In this document: piece by piece, positions 41,761 through 54,938 of the stretch
How the letters are laid out: each line of letters starts with the position of its first letter
Numbering within the stretch: position 1 is the stretch's first letter
Assembly (NCBI RefSeq): GCF_009914755.1
Contig: NC_060926.1
DNA: 64,000 bases
Direction: 5' to 3' (one strand)
Origin: the human T2T-CHM13v2.0 reference genome, Homo sapiens
The notes under the pieces: model-generated
Database searches by the model: none
Told to the model about the DNA's origin: nothing
The model's input: the letters and a program-made list of their open reading frames with translations, nothing else
Made by a program: the position numbers and the translations under genes

Positions 41761-41810
41761 TATCTTGGTACTGCTTCCTTCTACAGTTTTGCTTCTAGAA
41801 TCCAGTACTG

Positions 41811-41812
<2 letters not shown>

Positions 41813-41854
<42 letters not shown>
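41813..41854. repeat. (CA)n microsatellite, about 20 units
   Basis: Directly visible. Confidence 0.97.
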
Positions 41855-41856
<2 letters not shown>

Positions 41857-42944
41857 TTTAATATCATGCTTGCTCTATCCAAGTTCCCTGCATCTTCCCA
41901 AGGAGAACTATTCAAGTCTGAGCTCCTAGACATTATGTCTCGCTTACAATATTTTCAAGAAACCTTTCTTTCATCCAAGACATTAGTCTTAAAGAAGAAC
42001 ACAGCATAGTTCTGTTTCCACCCAAATGGCAAGCTATAATAATGAGTTATTAATCAGAGAAGGTTCTGGCGTCGGAGATTTCTACCTGCGGTAATGGATG
42101 ACCCAACAGTTAGGTGGGATGCAGCTGTGACAGTCTAGGGGCATCCATCATCCTAGGCTAGCCGTCTGGAAGTCAATGGCAGGAGAGCCTGAAAACAGTA
42201 GGCAAAATGGCCTCAGGTAACGCACCAAGGCTGAGCATGAGGACTCCAGTTTCTGCCTATTGGGAATCCACAGGAATAAACCTCTTTCTTCTTTTGGAAA
42301 GATTAATGGGAACTAGGATACAATGTGAAAATCAGTTGTAGAAAGAGAGCAGCTCACTTTTCAGAACTAGCAACAGACAAAAACAAGGAGGATGAATTCC
42401 CATTTGTTGGAAGGTGATTCACTAGGTTGCCTTGATTTAGTGAGAAATCCACTATGTATGTAGGCATCCAGATGTGGTAGGAATAATACAGAAGAGAAAA
42501 GAACTATGTCAACTGTAAAACCAAAAGAAAAAAGCTAAGTAAGGCATGTCTGGAGATGGATAAACCTATCTGGCTTAGGCAATGCTATATTTAGTGTCTA
42601 AATTTGGAAGGCATTAAGTGGAAGGCTAAGAGCTCAATATTTCTCTTTTAGGAAGTAGGGAGCCATTAAAATTTTAAACAGAGAGGTGGAATAATGCATG
42701 CAGTGCTCTAGAAAGCTTCTCTGCTTGTGTACACAGTATATATTAAAGGTGTAAGGACGGTAGTATCAGTTAAGAAATAATTCTGTCAATAGTCCAGGTT
42801 TCAGGAAAAAGCCTCTCTTGCATTGTCAAAGTTTCAATCAAAAGTCTTGAAGATACATTTGGATTTTAGCTGATATTCAGGATGTGCTAATATGAAAACA
42901 TAACCAAAATGCACCTCTATTAGTTTTTCTAATAAGGAAGTTTC

Positions 42945-43220
42945 TATCTAATTGTAACTTTTTACCTGTTGACCAAATCTCACGATCTCCCCATTCTCAC
43001 CACACTGCCTAGCCTCCGGTAACCACTAATCTACCCTCTACTTCCATAAGATCAGCTCCTTTGGCTCCCACATATGAGTGAGATGATGCAATATTAGTCT
43101 TTCTGTGCTTGGCTTATTTCACCTAACAAAATGTTCTCTAGTTTCATCCACGTTGCTGAAAATGGCAAATTACATTTTTTAATGGCCAGATAGTATTTCA
43201 TTATGTATGTATACCATTTA
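42945..43220 (-). mobile_element. L1MA 3' UTR fragment
   Basis: ggtaaccactaatctaccctctacttc...cccacatatgagtgaga...gcttatttcacctaac. Confidence 0.85.
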
Positions 43221-43254
43221 AAAAACTTATTTAACCTTTGAGAGAAAAAAAATT

Positions 43255-43491
43255 TGGTATTCTATTATGCTGCAATGTGACTATGGTTAAAAGAATTGTA
43301 TTATATATTTCAAAATAGCTAGAAGACAGGATTTTGAATGCTCTCACTATAAAAAATAATAAATATATAAGATCATAAATACAGCTAAATACCTTGATTT
43401 CATGATTATACAGTGTATGTTTGTATTAAAACATCACACTGTATCCCATGAATATGTACAATTGTTATGTCAATTAGAAACAAAATAAAAA
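43255..43491 (+). mobile_element. L1MA 3' terminal fragment
   Basis: atttcaaaatagctagaagacaggattttgaatg...aaacatcacactgtatcccatgaatatgtacaatt. Confidence 0.85.
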
Positions 43492-44204
43492 TCATGAAGT
43501 CCCTGAGAAGTAAATAAATCCTGTTCTTTTGGTATTAGTTAAGCTTACGAATAACCCTTAAAGGTAAAATAAATAAGAAAGCACACACATTCAAAACTGT
43601 GTAAAATGATAAAACAGGCAACAACAGTAAATAGAAAAGAAAGATAAGGTATATTACATTACTATGATATGCTGTGAAGTAATCGTTACTCTCTCTGGTG
43701 GACTAAGCAATCCAGCTACTAAATTTATTGGTGAGCTACAGATGATGGGTTACTCAATGGTATGACTATCTATCCTCAACTATGGCCTGGCAATTAAAGT
43801 AATTTTGATTTCTGTAGCTGGCCCATCCCCTTTCTTCCAAACATTCGAAGATATATATTTCTCTTTTTAAATTATTTTTCAAAGTAATCTTGACAATCTC
43901 AAAATGTTGATCAATTTTTACTTTTGGCAGAAAAGACGAAATATATAATAAGAAGACTCTATGCATTAGCTAAAGAGTGGGTCTACATTTTATATCTCTT
44001 AGAGTGCAGGGTTCTCTCTCAACTGTTCTTTTGAGGGAAATATGTTCTCGGCCTCCAAAACAGGAAAAAAAAATGGAAACAAGTTATGGACTTACAAACT
44101 CAGTGATGAGATTCCAATCAGGCACCTGGGCATGTTTTAGATTGGCTATAGCCATTATCATTATTTTGGACTTTGCAGCAGACATGGAAGGAACAGGGTC
44201 ACAT

Positions 44205-44320
44205 GCCGGGTTGATAGTTACAGCAAACCACCATGGCACATGTATACCTATGTAACAAACCTGCGTATTCTGAACATGTATCCCAGAACTTAAAGCAAAA
44301 TTTTTTTTAAAAAAGAAAAT
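44205..44320 (+). mobile_element. Short L1PA8-10-like 3' terminus
   Basis: gggttgatagttacagcaaaccaccatggcacatgtatacctatgtaacaaacctgc...catgtatcccagaacttaaag plus decayed A tail. Confidence 0.9.
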
Positions 44321-44645
44321 GTATGTCAATTCATCCATCAATGGACATTTGCATTGTTTCCTATATATCTTGACTACTGTGGATAATGTTGCAATGAATA
44401 TGGGGTATAAATATCCCTTCAAGATCCTGATTTTAATTATTTTGTGTAAATACCCAAAAGTGGGATTGCTGAATCATATTGTAATTCTATTTTTAATTTT
44501 GGTATGTACATGGAGTAAGATATTATTGAGCCATTAACAAAAGGAAAATCTGTGAAATGCAACAAAATGGATGAAGCTTAAGGATGTTATGCTAACTGAA
44601 ATAAACAGGTCACAGAAGGACCAAAAAAAAAAAAAAAAAAAAAAA
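44321..44645. mobile_element. Older L1MA piece (minus 44325-44500, plus 44501-44622) ending in A23; probable 3'-transduced segment
   Basis: L1 motifs in two orientations; AATAAA at 44600-44605; poly(A) 44623-44645; aacagggtcacat at 44192 and 44644. Confidence 0.75.
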
Positions 44646-44690
44646 CAGGGTCACATCCCATGAGTCATTCAAGAGTAGACAGGGCTGGAG

Positions 44691-44833
44691 CAATATTTGT
44701 CAAAGTGAATCCCATGATGACATCAGAGATCTTCTTAAAATGGATTAGGCTCTCTGAGGTTGGGGCCTAGCATCTGTATAGTTAATCAGATCCTCAAGGG
44801 AATTGAATCATGCTGAAATCTGAAACTTACTAG
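44691..44833 (+). mobile_element. MER5A-like hAT element
   Basis: ctctgaggttggggcctagcatctgtat...tcctcaaggga. Confidence 0.5.
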
Positions 44834-46289
44834 TGTATCTTTTCCTGACATACATCCTTCTTTTCCTCTTAGGACTCACTGTATTTTTTCGTCACTAAAA
44901 ATAAATACTTACTAGAGTGGTAGCTCCATCTGAGACATTCAAATTTGTAAATGTCAAATTATATGTATGTGTGTGCTTTTGTGCACATATGTGCATATTA
45001 AGTCTATAGAAAATCCCTCACCAACTGTTACTTTGGCTCTGCATAAAAGTTTCATCTGTTTTGTACAACTTTTTATGTCTTATTTTAAGTGACAAAAAGT
45101 AGGTAAGCCAAATGAAGAGGACATTTCCCAGGCTTCCTTGCAGGAGGTTGAGAACTTGCAGCTAGGTTCTGACCAAAGAAATAGAGGGAGAATTTATATG
45201 TAGAATGTCCAGGATTGATTTATAAACTATTTTTTTTAACTCTGTCTATGTGTGTCAGAGCCAGTCAATGAGGGATTGTACTATGGAGTCATAACTTGTG
45301 ACTTATCTGTCTGTCAAAACTCACTTCTCTTCAGGTCCTTGAGGTTCTTAGGTATTCCTAATTATTCTCATCATACACAGAAACTTGACTTTTTCATACA
45401 ATATACTATTCTATGACCCCTTCCATCAGTGTCATTACCCTGGTTAAATTTACTTATGTCATTGTTTGTTAAGGTAAAGACTAACTAGTCTGATAAACTT
45501 AATGGGCAGTGAGAGTTAATGGCTTAATTTTCTCTCATTATTTAATTAATGTGTTAAGTATTTCTCATTAATTAAATAATAAATGGATTTAAACAAAGTT
45601 CTTTAACTTGAAGCCGTTTGGAGTTTTTTCCTGACTTTCTTTCTATCCCCAATTCCCATTAATGCTCAAAACCACACTTTGCTCAAGCCAAAGTCTTTGT
45701 TTATTCACGGTGTCTGTTTCCCACTCTAAACTTTCTTCATGTTGGATGGGCTGCTCACTAAGACTCTTCCCCAAATGTAATTCCTTCCCAGACTTCAAGG
45801 TCTACCCTTATTCTCAGCCTTCCTTGATAAACCCTAACAAAGACCTCTCTCTTGCTACATGATACCTCTAATAGGATTTTTCCAACAACTATGTGCTGTC
45901 CATATAAGACACACCAGGCTGTGGGGGTATAAGAAAAATAAAACTCACTTAATCTCTCTCGTCAAGAAATGCGTCATGCCCTGAGTATAAATAAAGAAAT
46001 ATAATAAAAAGAGATGACATATAAGGAGTTACATTTAGTGGAGAAGTGCAATCTATAATCAATTAACATCTAAGGTGTATGACTTTGTTATGCTAGGTAT
46101 CTATTACACATGCTTTTCTAAGGTGTACTATGTGTGGAAATTATGGATTACCCTTTATTAGATATGCCTAGGAATATGTTATAAATCTAGTGAAAGCTAG
46201 AAAGAAACAGGGACAACTGAAGAGGAAATATATTTTTTAAAGCATCAGGGGAGAATAAACTAATATATGTATGAGTGGTGTGCTATTTA

Positions 46290-46610
46290 TAAGCTTAGAA
46301 TTCAAGAGGCTTAGCCCATTTCCACAAACCCTCATGGAATCTGCCTCTATCATGTGAACAGGCCCAAGCTAGCCTGCTGGATAATGAGACAGAAGACCCA
46401 GAACCACTGTCGTCCTGATGACAGCCACTGGCCAGACCCCCTACCAGCTGACCAAAGACACAAGAGCAAGCATGTCTTGCATCAGCAAAGCCTGCCACAC
46501 ATCCACAGAATTGCTCAGTTGCTCCATAAACTTGCTAACAATAATTAATAATTTTTCATTTACGCCACTAAATATGGAGTGGTTTGTTACTCAGCAAACA
46601 ACAAACATTA
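46290..46610 (+). mobile_element. MLT1H-like LTR
   Basis: catgtgaacaggcccaagctagcctgctgga; gccactaaatatggagtggtttgttactcagcaa. Confidence 0.7.
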
Positions 46611-46659
46611 ACATATATTTGATTAGTAGTTTAAAGGGCTTAAAATGGGAAGAAATGAT

Positions 46660-46900
46660 ATAATAATAATTATTAGTAATAGCATACATTTACTGAGCAT
46701 TTACTATATGTGAATTATTGTTTGTATATGTACTGAAGGATACTGTGGGTGGGAGTGTCTACTGAAAACCATCCTGAATGGTAATGCATTATTCTTCTCC
46801 TCTTTATAGATGAGGAAACTCAGACCAAAGGTAGTTAAGTAATCTGAGCTAACACGAAAAGCTCTAAAGAGCAAAGTCAGCATTTGAAGCAAACTTCTTA
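46660..46900 (-). mobile_element. MIR
   Basis: catttactgagcatttactat...atagatgaggaaactcagac. Confidence 0.7.
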
Positions 46901-47509
46901 TTTCCTATCTTTGTAACATCTGTCTTGTATCTTGTATTGCCTTTTAGTAAAAAGAGCAGATCAGAACTAATGTCAACATGTGTTAAGATGCTCCTTTAAT
47001 GTGCTTCTCCTGCATGTTCTCACTAACTTCTGTGGCTTCTTAATGAATCATATAAGCCTTAGTATGCCAAATACCTGTGACAAATTCCATTTTTGAAGAA
47101 ACATAGTTCCCATCTCAGTTTCTTGTTTTAGTTACTTAATCCAGAAGAGAGATATTGATGAAAGTTTCATGCCCAGTGGTGAACCATGGAGGAAGACTTT
47201 GGAACAGGCTGAGACTGAGGTTCTTGAATACATGGTTGTACGAGTAGAACTTTTTTGCCTTTACCCAAGGCAGTCCCTAATATTCATTAAGATAGCTCTG
47301 GAGCTTTGAGACAACCAGGTAACAATAATGACATTTTTCATAAGTGGAAACTAGTATGCCATATAGGCCATTCCAACACTCACAAATTAATGTTCTGTTT
47401 CCTTTTTAACACATAACAATTTTACTGGAGTTACAGTTGATGTCTATTAAAAGGAGTTTTCTAAGGGCATCCTGCGATCATGTTAGTCATCTAGGTATTT
47501 TTTAATGCT

Positions 47510-47957
47510 AGCTTTTTTTGAGGTAAGATTTTTATATAGATGCAAAATTTCATGCATTTTAATAAATGTATATAGTCATCTAACCACAAGTACAGCCCCT
47601 GGAAAACACTGATTGATTTCTGTCCCTATAGTTTTGACTATTCTGGAATGTCACATAAACAGAACCGTATGGTAGTAGCTATCTATGCCTGCCTTCTTTC
47701 ACTTAGCACAATGCATTTATGTGACAACCACATCACCCACATTGTGACATGGATCAACAGTTTGCTGTTTTCATTACGGAGCAGTGTTTCATTTTATGGA
47801 TGTACCACAATGTATTCATTCATCCCCCAGTTAAGACATTTTTATTGTTTCCATTTTTTTTGTGATTATGAACAAGGCTTCTATCTATAAACGTCTATAT
47901 ACAGATCTTTCATTTTGGGGAGAGTAAACATGTAAGCATTAGATTTCTGGGTTATGG
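47510..47957 (-). mobile_element. Old L1M 3' UTR fragment
   Basis: ctgatttctgtccctatagtttt...cttctttcacttagcacaatgc. Confidence 0.7.
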
Positions 47958-48328
47958 TATTATGGACTGAATGTTTGTGTCCCCTCAGAAACAATCATGG
48001 GTTGAAGCCATAACCTTCACTGTGAAGGTATTAGAAGGTGGGGCTTTGGGCGGGGGGTGTAATTAGGCTTAGATAAGATCATAAGTGTGGAACTCCCATA
48101 ATGGCATTAACGTACTTAGGAGACATCAGAACTTCCTCTCTCTTCCTTAGGAGAACACAGCAAGAAGATGATCATCTGCAAGCCAGAAAGAGGGCCCTCA
48201 TCAAGAACTGAATCTGCCAGCACCTTGGTCTTAGACTTTCCATCTTCCAGCACTGTGAGAAATAAATATCTGTTGTTTAAGCCACTCAGTCTGGTATTTT
48301 ATTATAGCAGCCTGAGCTTACTAAGATA
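47958..48328 (+). mobile_element. MLT1A solo LTR
   Basis: tattatggactgaatgtttgtgtcccc...tatagcagcctgagcttactaagata; 5-bp TSD tatgg at 47953 and 48329. Confidence 0.88.
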
Positions 48329-49276
48329 TATGGTAAGTATATATTTTATGTAGATTTTTGACATACTTATCTTTTAATTTTTCTGCGGAGGACCAATTCA
48401 CTTATTTTCATCAATTACATTTTATTTGTACCTAAAATTTAAAATCTTTTCAAAAGTAAACTAAATATTAATATATTCTAATTTTTGCTTGCTATATTAA
48501 TGTTCCCAAATAACTCTTAAATTCAAACATATGGTCTATACCATATGCCAAATACATGTGAAAAATTCCATTATTCAAGAAATAATTATATATTACTTTA
48601 TTTTCTCCCAAATATTTAATTTATATGTTAAAACTTATGCTTCACATGCTGAAACCAAAGTAAACATCCTATGAAAGAAAATGGCAGGCAGGATTAGTGG
48701 AAGAAACTTACATAAATGTAAAATTTATTCAACACTTTTTCACGAGGGCCTAATTTAATCAATGCACCTGCAGTTGATTGCTACCTTTTAATGTGTATAT
48801 CATATATCGCACGTAGAGTGAGGGGAAGGCACATCACTGTTACACCTTAAAATATGAATAAAGAGATAAAAATAGGAAAGAGAAAAAAAGGAGTTAGATG
48901 ATTACAACATTTTGCAGGAAGCTAGCCAGACAGGCCCTAACTATATTTTAGATCTATTGAATTAAATCATAAATGAGTCATTGTCTGGGAGAATAATTTA
49001 TAGTAAAGTATCAACTTGACTTTGTTGGCATAGAAATTACTGATATAATGCATTCTATAGCAATCAGGACAAAACATTTATTTGGAGTGCACTTATATCC
49101 TAAAGGAAAGGTAGATAGTGCTTTGCAGAAGAAAAGAATAACAAAATGGATACCATTAGAATAAATTTCACAAGTTTAAAACTGCATTAAAATCCAGTAA
49201 TGAATGTATCAATTTAGAGACAGTCAAGAATAACTGCCCTAAAATAATAAGAAAGCTGAATCAATTAATTGGAATG

Positions 49277-49301
49277 TCTATCTCACTATCTATCTATGTG
49301 C

Positions 49302-49377
<76 letters not shown>

Positions 49378-49381
49378 ATCT
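49277..49381. repeat. Compound tetranucleotide STR, core (CTAT)10(TATC)9
   Basis: Counted directly at 49302-49377. Confidence 0.97.
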
Positions 49382-50229
49382 GTGTATTAGCTCAGAAGAA
49401 TTCCCTTTGGAAATTGTCATGTTATCCCATTCATTCAGCTTTTGGGCCACAGCAGATGGTGGAGCCTCTGTGTTTCTTACAATCCCAGGGAGGACGGAGA
49501 GCCAGCATGATGGCTGGCATTGTGACAGCCTGGGCCCTGGAGTTCCTGAAGTGATGCCTGCTGGCACTGGATCTATACAGTTATTTTCTAAATGGTTAAG
49601 TCTCAGTAGATTCTGATGAACATCTTTCCAGGATAATTAGACATATTTTAGAGATTGCCATTTGCTTTTCCTTGAAATAAATCTACTCTCTTAGCTGCAT
49701 GTCTGCACGTAAGTCCTCCACATCACAGTCCATTGTACTCATAACAGAATGATAACAGAAATTTCTCCTTTTTCTTCTCACTAACTTTTTTGGAACAGGT
49801 GACTTTGTCCCTTTATACATGTCATACTCTGTGCTAAATTGTACCTATATATTATTTCCAATCATCATAACTATCCTGTGATTTGTAATTCTTATTTTAA
49901 AAATGAAAAAGAGAGCATCAGGCATAGATAATTTATAATATGTTAAATTGGTTGATTTGAATTATATAGTCAGGTATGTCTTGAGGTTATTTCTGGTGGG
50001 CACTTTGGACCTTATACAAGAACAATCATTTTTCTCTTCTTCCTCATTAGCAGGTACCTTGATATTATTCAGGTATTCTTTTTCTTTCCCCCAACTGATA
50101 GCACTGCAGAAATAGAGCCCAGTAACTTTAAAGCATCAGGACAAAACTTTCCTCTGGCAGCTTGTGTTAGATAGGGAATTTACACCTGATTAAGGTAGAC
50201 TCAACCAAATCCAAGAAAATTATTAATAT

Positions 50230-50530
50230 TCAATGCTGAGGATTTTTTTCCCCAATGATTATGAACGGGAAGATTCTGCCTCTATTGCTCTGGAGCAGGT
50301 ATCTTGTGACAACAAGCAAAACTAGGGTAAGGATGATGCCAACCAGGAATGATGGGTAAGGAAAGAGAGCTAGAAAGAAACATGGACCTTGGTAACACCA
50401 TTGAGCCACTGACTCAATCAGCCCTGGGACACACCTTTGCCCTGGGCTTCTTGTTACATGAGATAATAAATATATTTGTATTGTAGGCCAGTTTGTCTAG
50501 TACTTAAATGTAAAAGCATGCTAACTTATA
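50230..50530 (+). mobile_element. MLT1K/L-like LTR fragment
   Basis: cattgagccactgactcaatcagccctg...cttcttgttacatgagataataaa. Confidence 0.6.
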
Positions 50531-52669
50531 GCCAGTATAGTGTATTCTCCTCAATAAGCAAACGCCAATCAATAGCTGTCTCCATCCCCCGTATAGAAGC
50601 ACATTAACTCTCAATAATGTTTCTGCGTATCTCTGTGAAAAAGAGCAAAAGATGGAGATCTAGCATGTGGCCTATTTCAATAGTAAAGCAGTTTAAATAA
50701 TGATTGCCTGTGCAGGATTCTCATTTTATGGAACTAAGTAAAGCTATATACACATGTTTAGGGCCATGGCCATATATTACAGTTTATCCCTGCACAGAGC
50801 TCTATGTAATTTGAAGGCAGTAGCAGATAAATGATGAAGATTGCTCTCCTGGAACATAACTGCAATGAAGATATCCAGAGCTGAAGCCCTCGTCACCAGC
50901 AGACCACCTAAGGTGAAAGCCTGATAAATTAATTCATCTTGTAGCAGAAGGTGGCATTCTTTGCGTTTAAATATATTCAGTTTATCTGCCATCATCTGTG
51001 GGAATGGATCACTGGACAAAAAGCTATCTCCAGAAACATTTTGAGATAGGATGATGATTTTTCTCTAAAAATTGTATTTTTATGTAAACCACAGCCCAAA
51101 TATAGTTGAATTGCAGTCAGAGAGCATATTCATCTCCAAATTATGCATCGAGATGCAGCTGATGACCTTGAAAGTATATCTATTTGGAAGGGTTTAGTGC
51201 TGCTCTTAAATAGGTCTATATTTTTAAATACATTATGTTTCCATGCAAAATATAACAAAATATGTGTGCCTATTAAAAACTTAAAATCAATGTTTCAAGT
51301 TTAATGCTATAAAAATGAATTTTCATAAATATGCATAACAGAGACATGGATGCTAAAGATAGAAAAGCAGTTTTTTTGTTGAAATACAAAATGCTTATAT
51401 CACTCTGAGGATTTTTTTATACGTGAAGTTTTTTTCCCCCTTAAGCTGCTGAGGCAGCAATGCATATTTTTATTACTGTTTTCTAATTTTGAAAGGAATG
51501 ACAACACTGTGGACAGTCCTATTAAAACAGTCATCTTTTAATAGTTATAAGTAGATAAATTAATTGAAATTTTTTCCTTTCCCATGTTAAGAAAGCTACT
51601 GGTTCTAGGGCCTGCCCCCAGCATGTGGACTTTCATGTATATGTTCGGAGAAATGTTCGTATACAATTAAATTCCCACAACTGGTAGTTTTTAAATTGTA
51701 TTAATTAGTATATTGATGTCTGCTATTTTCTTTAAAAAGCAAGTTTTCAGTGAACCCAATTCAGTGTTGTTTTCTGCCACAGCTTGAAAATGGGAAGTTA
51801 TTTTTTGTCTCCTTTAGTTATAAATTAAACAATTGTAAGCACTAGAGAAATTCGACTCCAATCTAGTATTTTATTACATGATACTAAGAGAAGAAAAGTA
51901 ACTGGGTCATCTCATTATTACATCCCTGAATTTCGAAGATGTCTATAAATTCCTTGAGAATATGCTGAGCTCAGTCCGTCAGGTACCTTTTAAGTCTTTT
52001 AAGGACTCTTCAGGAAGAGCTTCTTTTTTTTTTTTTTTTGGACTAAAGGAGACATTTTTCGCAATTACTCTCACAAATGCAAGACGTCTTTAGAGCAGCT
52101 CAGAGTGGACCAATCCTATTTATTACCATAACTGCCAAATTCTTGTTAAGGCCTTTATTTTCCTGGTTGGAAAAGACATCTCTGCACATGTGACTGATGT
52201 GCAAAGTACTCCCTGAGAATTAATATTGACCAGAAATTTTAGAAAAGTTTATTTAATTTTATCAATCAAATACTCTCCAAGACGGGGAAGTCTCTAATTT
52301 GTGGTTTTGAAAATAAAGTAGAAGTATTACACAAAGTAGGTCAAACCTACATTCTGGCTGGTTCTCTGCAATTTTAATTTGGAGTTAATTTTTGTCCTTA
52401 GTGAACTCCTTAGATGCTTCATTAGTTCTTTCACCATTCCAGAATTGTGAAATTTTGTGATCTTTGCCCAAAATTATTTTTCATATCAACCATTTATTCA
52501 ACCCTTTATTCACATGAAGCATAGGCATGGTTCATTTACTATGAACAAGGAACTCATTTGGACCAAATAGGCAAAAAAAAAGTTAAGGAGAAATCCTAAG
52601 TTTTAGAATTGTTTAAACTCCTCACAAATGAATTCCATTGGCCTAGAGATTCCTGTAATACTTAAGAAA

Positions 52670-52870
52670 GGTTTGCTTTGTGCTGGACACTGGTCTAAGC
52701 ATTTTGACTATATTGACTCAGTTCACAGCTCTACAAGTTAGAATTTATTGGTGTTACTTCTACTATGTGTTATAACTCATCTTGCAGGTGAGGAAACTGA
52801 GGCAGAATCAGAATTTAAATTCTAGCAGAACAGCTCCAAATTTTACATATTTAATCATTACCTAAACTTT
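52670..52870 (-). mobile_element. MIR
   Basis: catcttgcaggtgaggaaactgaggcag core. Confidence 0.65.
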
Positions 52871-54938
52871 CTGCCATAAATATTTCTCTGCAAGTGAAAC
52901 TTGACTTACTGCGTAGACAGAACTAGCAAAACTCTATTTGCCCTTTAATTCTTTCTTAGTCTGGGTTCTATTTTAGAACAATTCTTTGCTTGTTATAATT
53001 TCAGAGGTTTTAGATGCATTCCATGAATTGAAGAGAATGGGATCCCCTTCCCCTTGTGAAATATCTCTCTCAGTATTTCCTCTGGGTGGCAATGGAGTTT
53101 TCTAGAAAAAGAAAATAAATTATATATGCAGACCCTTCTTGTATGTCAAAAAAGATATACAATGGGTAGAGGGACATTCAGTGATGCATTTAAACCATAC
53201 TAAATGCTAAATGGAAAGGTGACTATTTGCCAAAGTTATGTATTATTTTTTGGCTGTCGTCTTAAAGTTGCAATTAAATCCCAAGGTTGATATTGTCCTC
53301 TCGAGATACTGACCTATTTAGTTAAAAGTTTGTAGTGAAGCAATTGTATGTTGATTACATTATTAGGTATGAAAGATACTGTCAGTAAGTGTAAATCATG
53401 GTTTTTGTCCATGTATAGTTCAGTAAATGCATGAACCACACCACACATGCAGAAATGAGAGAATATATGGCATGACTGTATTTGCCTCTAAATGTTAGAA
53501 AATCTAGGAAGAAAGTACTGAATGTATGTGAATCTTGGGCAAGGGATGGATAAAAAGAAGTCGGCATCAAAGGGAAAAACTGTAAGGAGAAGTGACACTG
53601 AAGTTGTCTAAATCCAGATTTAGAAGACAGGACACTTCTTGTTTGTGTGAAAATATATGAGGAAAACTATGAATATGAGGGTAAGCACAGTTCATTTAGA
53701 GCATATTTAAAGTAGACGATATGAGACTGAACAAGTACAGTGGAGCTAGGGTGAGCAAGATTGTCTTTGGTTCAAGACATTTGGCTGTGCTGTGTCTTAA
53801 ATATTCTGTTCCCACCTTGTCAGCCTTACCTGAACACATCAGATACACAAAAACACCTCTGCACCTTTGATCAAACTATTCCTGTAGCCTACAATTATCT
53901 TTTCTCTATCTCCAGCTTATTAAAAGTCATATACCCTTCAAGGTTCCACTGAAACTCTTCTCTGAGTCATTTGATAATAGCCCCCCAATTAAACTTAATT
54001 ATTCCATCACCTGCACTCTATAGTATCTGAAAGCTGCTGTAATTGGGCTGTTCTGTTCTAACACATTAAATGTGGTTTGCTGTTTGCAATGACTCTCTTT
54101 CCCAGAGAGCAGAGTTGGTGTTTTGGCATCACTCCATGGCATAGGTATATGTTTTTGAATAGATTTTTCTCGATACTATGTGTTGAATTGAGAGGAAACA
54201 GTTTGAAAAACAGCTCTGGGGTAAGATGTAATTCTAAGGGTAGATGGTGTCCAAAAATAAAGTGGAAGAAAGATAGCTTATCTATGGCCAGCTCATTCTT
54301 AGAGCATGCAAAGTACAGACATCATGGGCCTGGAATGACATATCCGATCCTTGTGTGATGTGCTAGCTTTATGCTGCCCCATGGTGATAAACAGAACTCT
54401 TTCCATTCCAGCCAACCCTTTTATGTATTTGTGTTCCATGAACAGTGCAAATCATTTCCCAGTATTCCCAGTAATGAAAAAACAAAAATTACAAAAAAGA
54501 TTCAATCTCCTGCCTTCTTTAGAACATAAAAGTCTATTGCACATAAGAAGGGCTGTTCATTGTTATAATCCATGTTTTGTTTTTAAGTTTAAATCTTCCA
54601 AAGTTGGATGATTTTTAAAAGTACATATCATCTCAGAGAAGCCACATAAAAACTTTTATGAAATATACATTTATTTATTTAAGTACCTCTTAATTCACAT
54701 TTGGCCTACTATATAAATGGATCAAAATGTGATTAAAGATAGTCTCTTTCTCTCAGAGACTAAGAAAACTAACTGAAGCATACTGTGGAGAGACCTTTAC
54801 TCCTAATAAACGACTTCCTGAGCCCAATGCAAGCCCACAGCACCCTCATCTGTAATATATTCAGCAGAAATGCAATGTAACACAAATTTTAAAAAATTAT
54901 TATTAAATATACAAAAGAAACTATAATACTAAAATTAG

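Noticed and set aside
43220-44325. A 1.1-kb insertion splitting one antisense L1MA (42945-43220 resuming at 44325)
   Set aside because: There is no convincing TSD. The 44325-44500 piece is better explained as the inverted partner of 44501-44622 inside the 13-bp TSD. Not fully excluded without alignment.
50777-51019. 80-aa minus-strand ORF
   Set aside because: No recognised homology and no clear exon boundaries.
51902-51982. Protein-like frame LNFEDVYKFLENMLSSVRQ ending at CAG|gtacct
   Set aside because: There is an in-frame stop just upstream, no usable acceptor and a weak donor.
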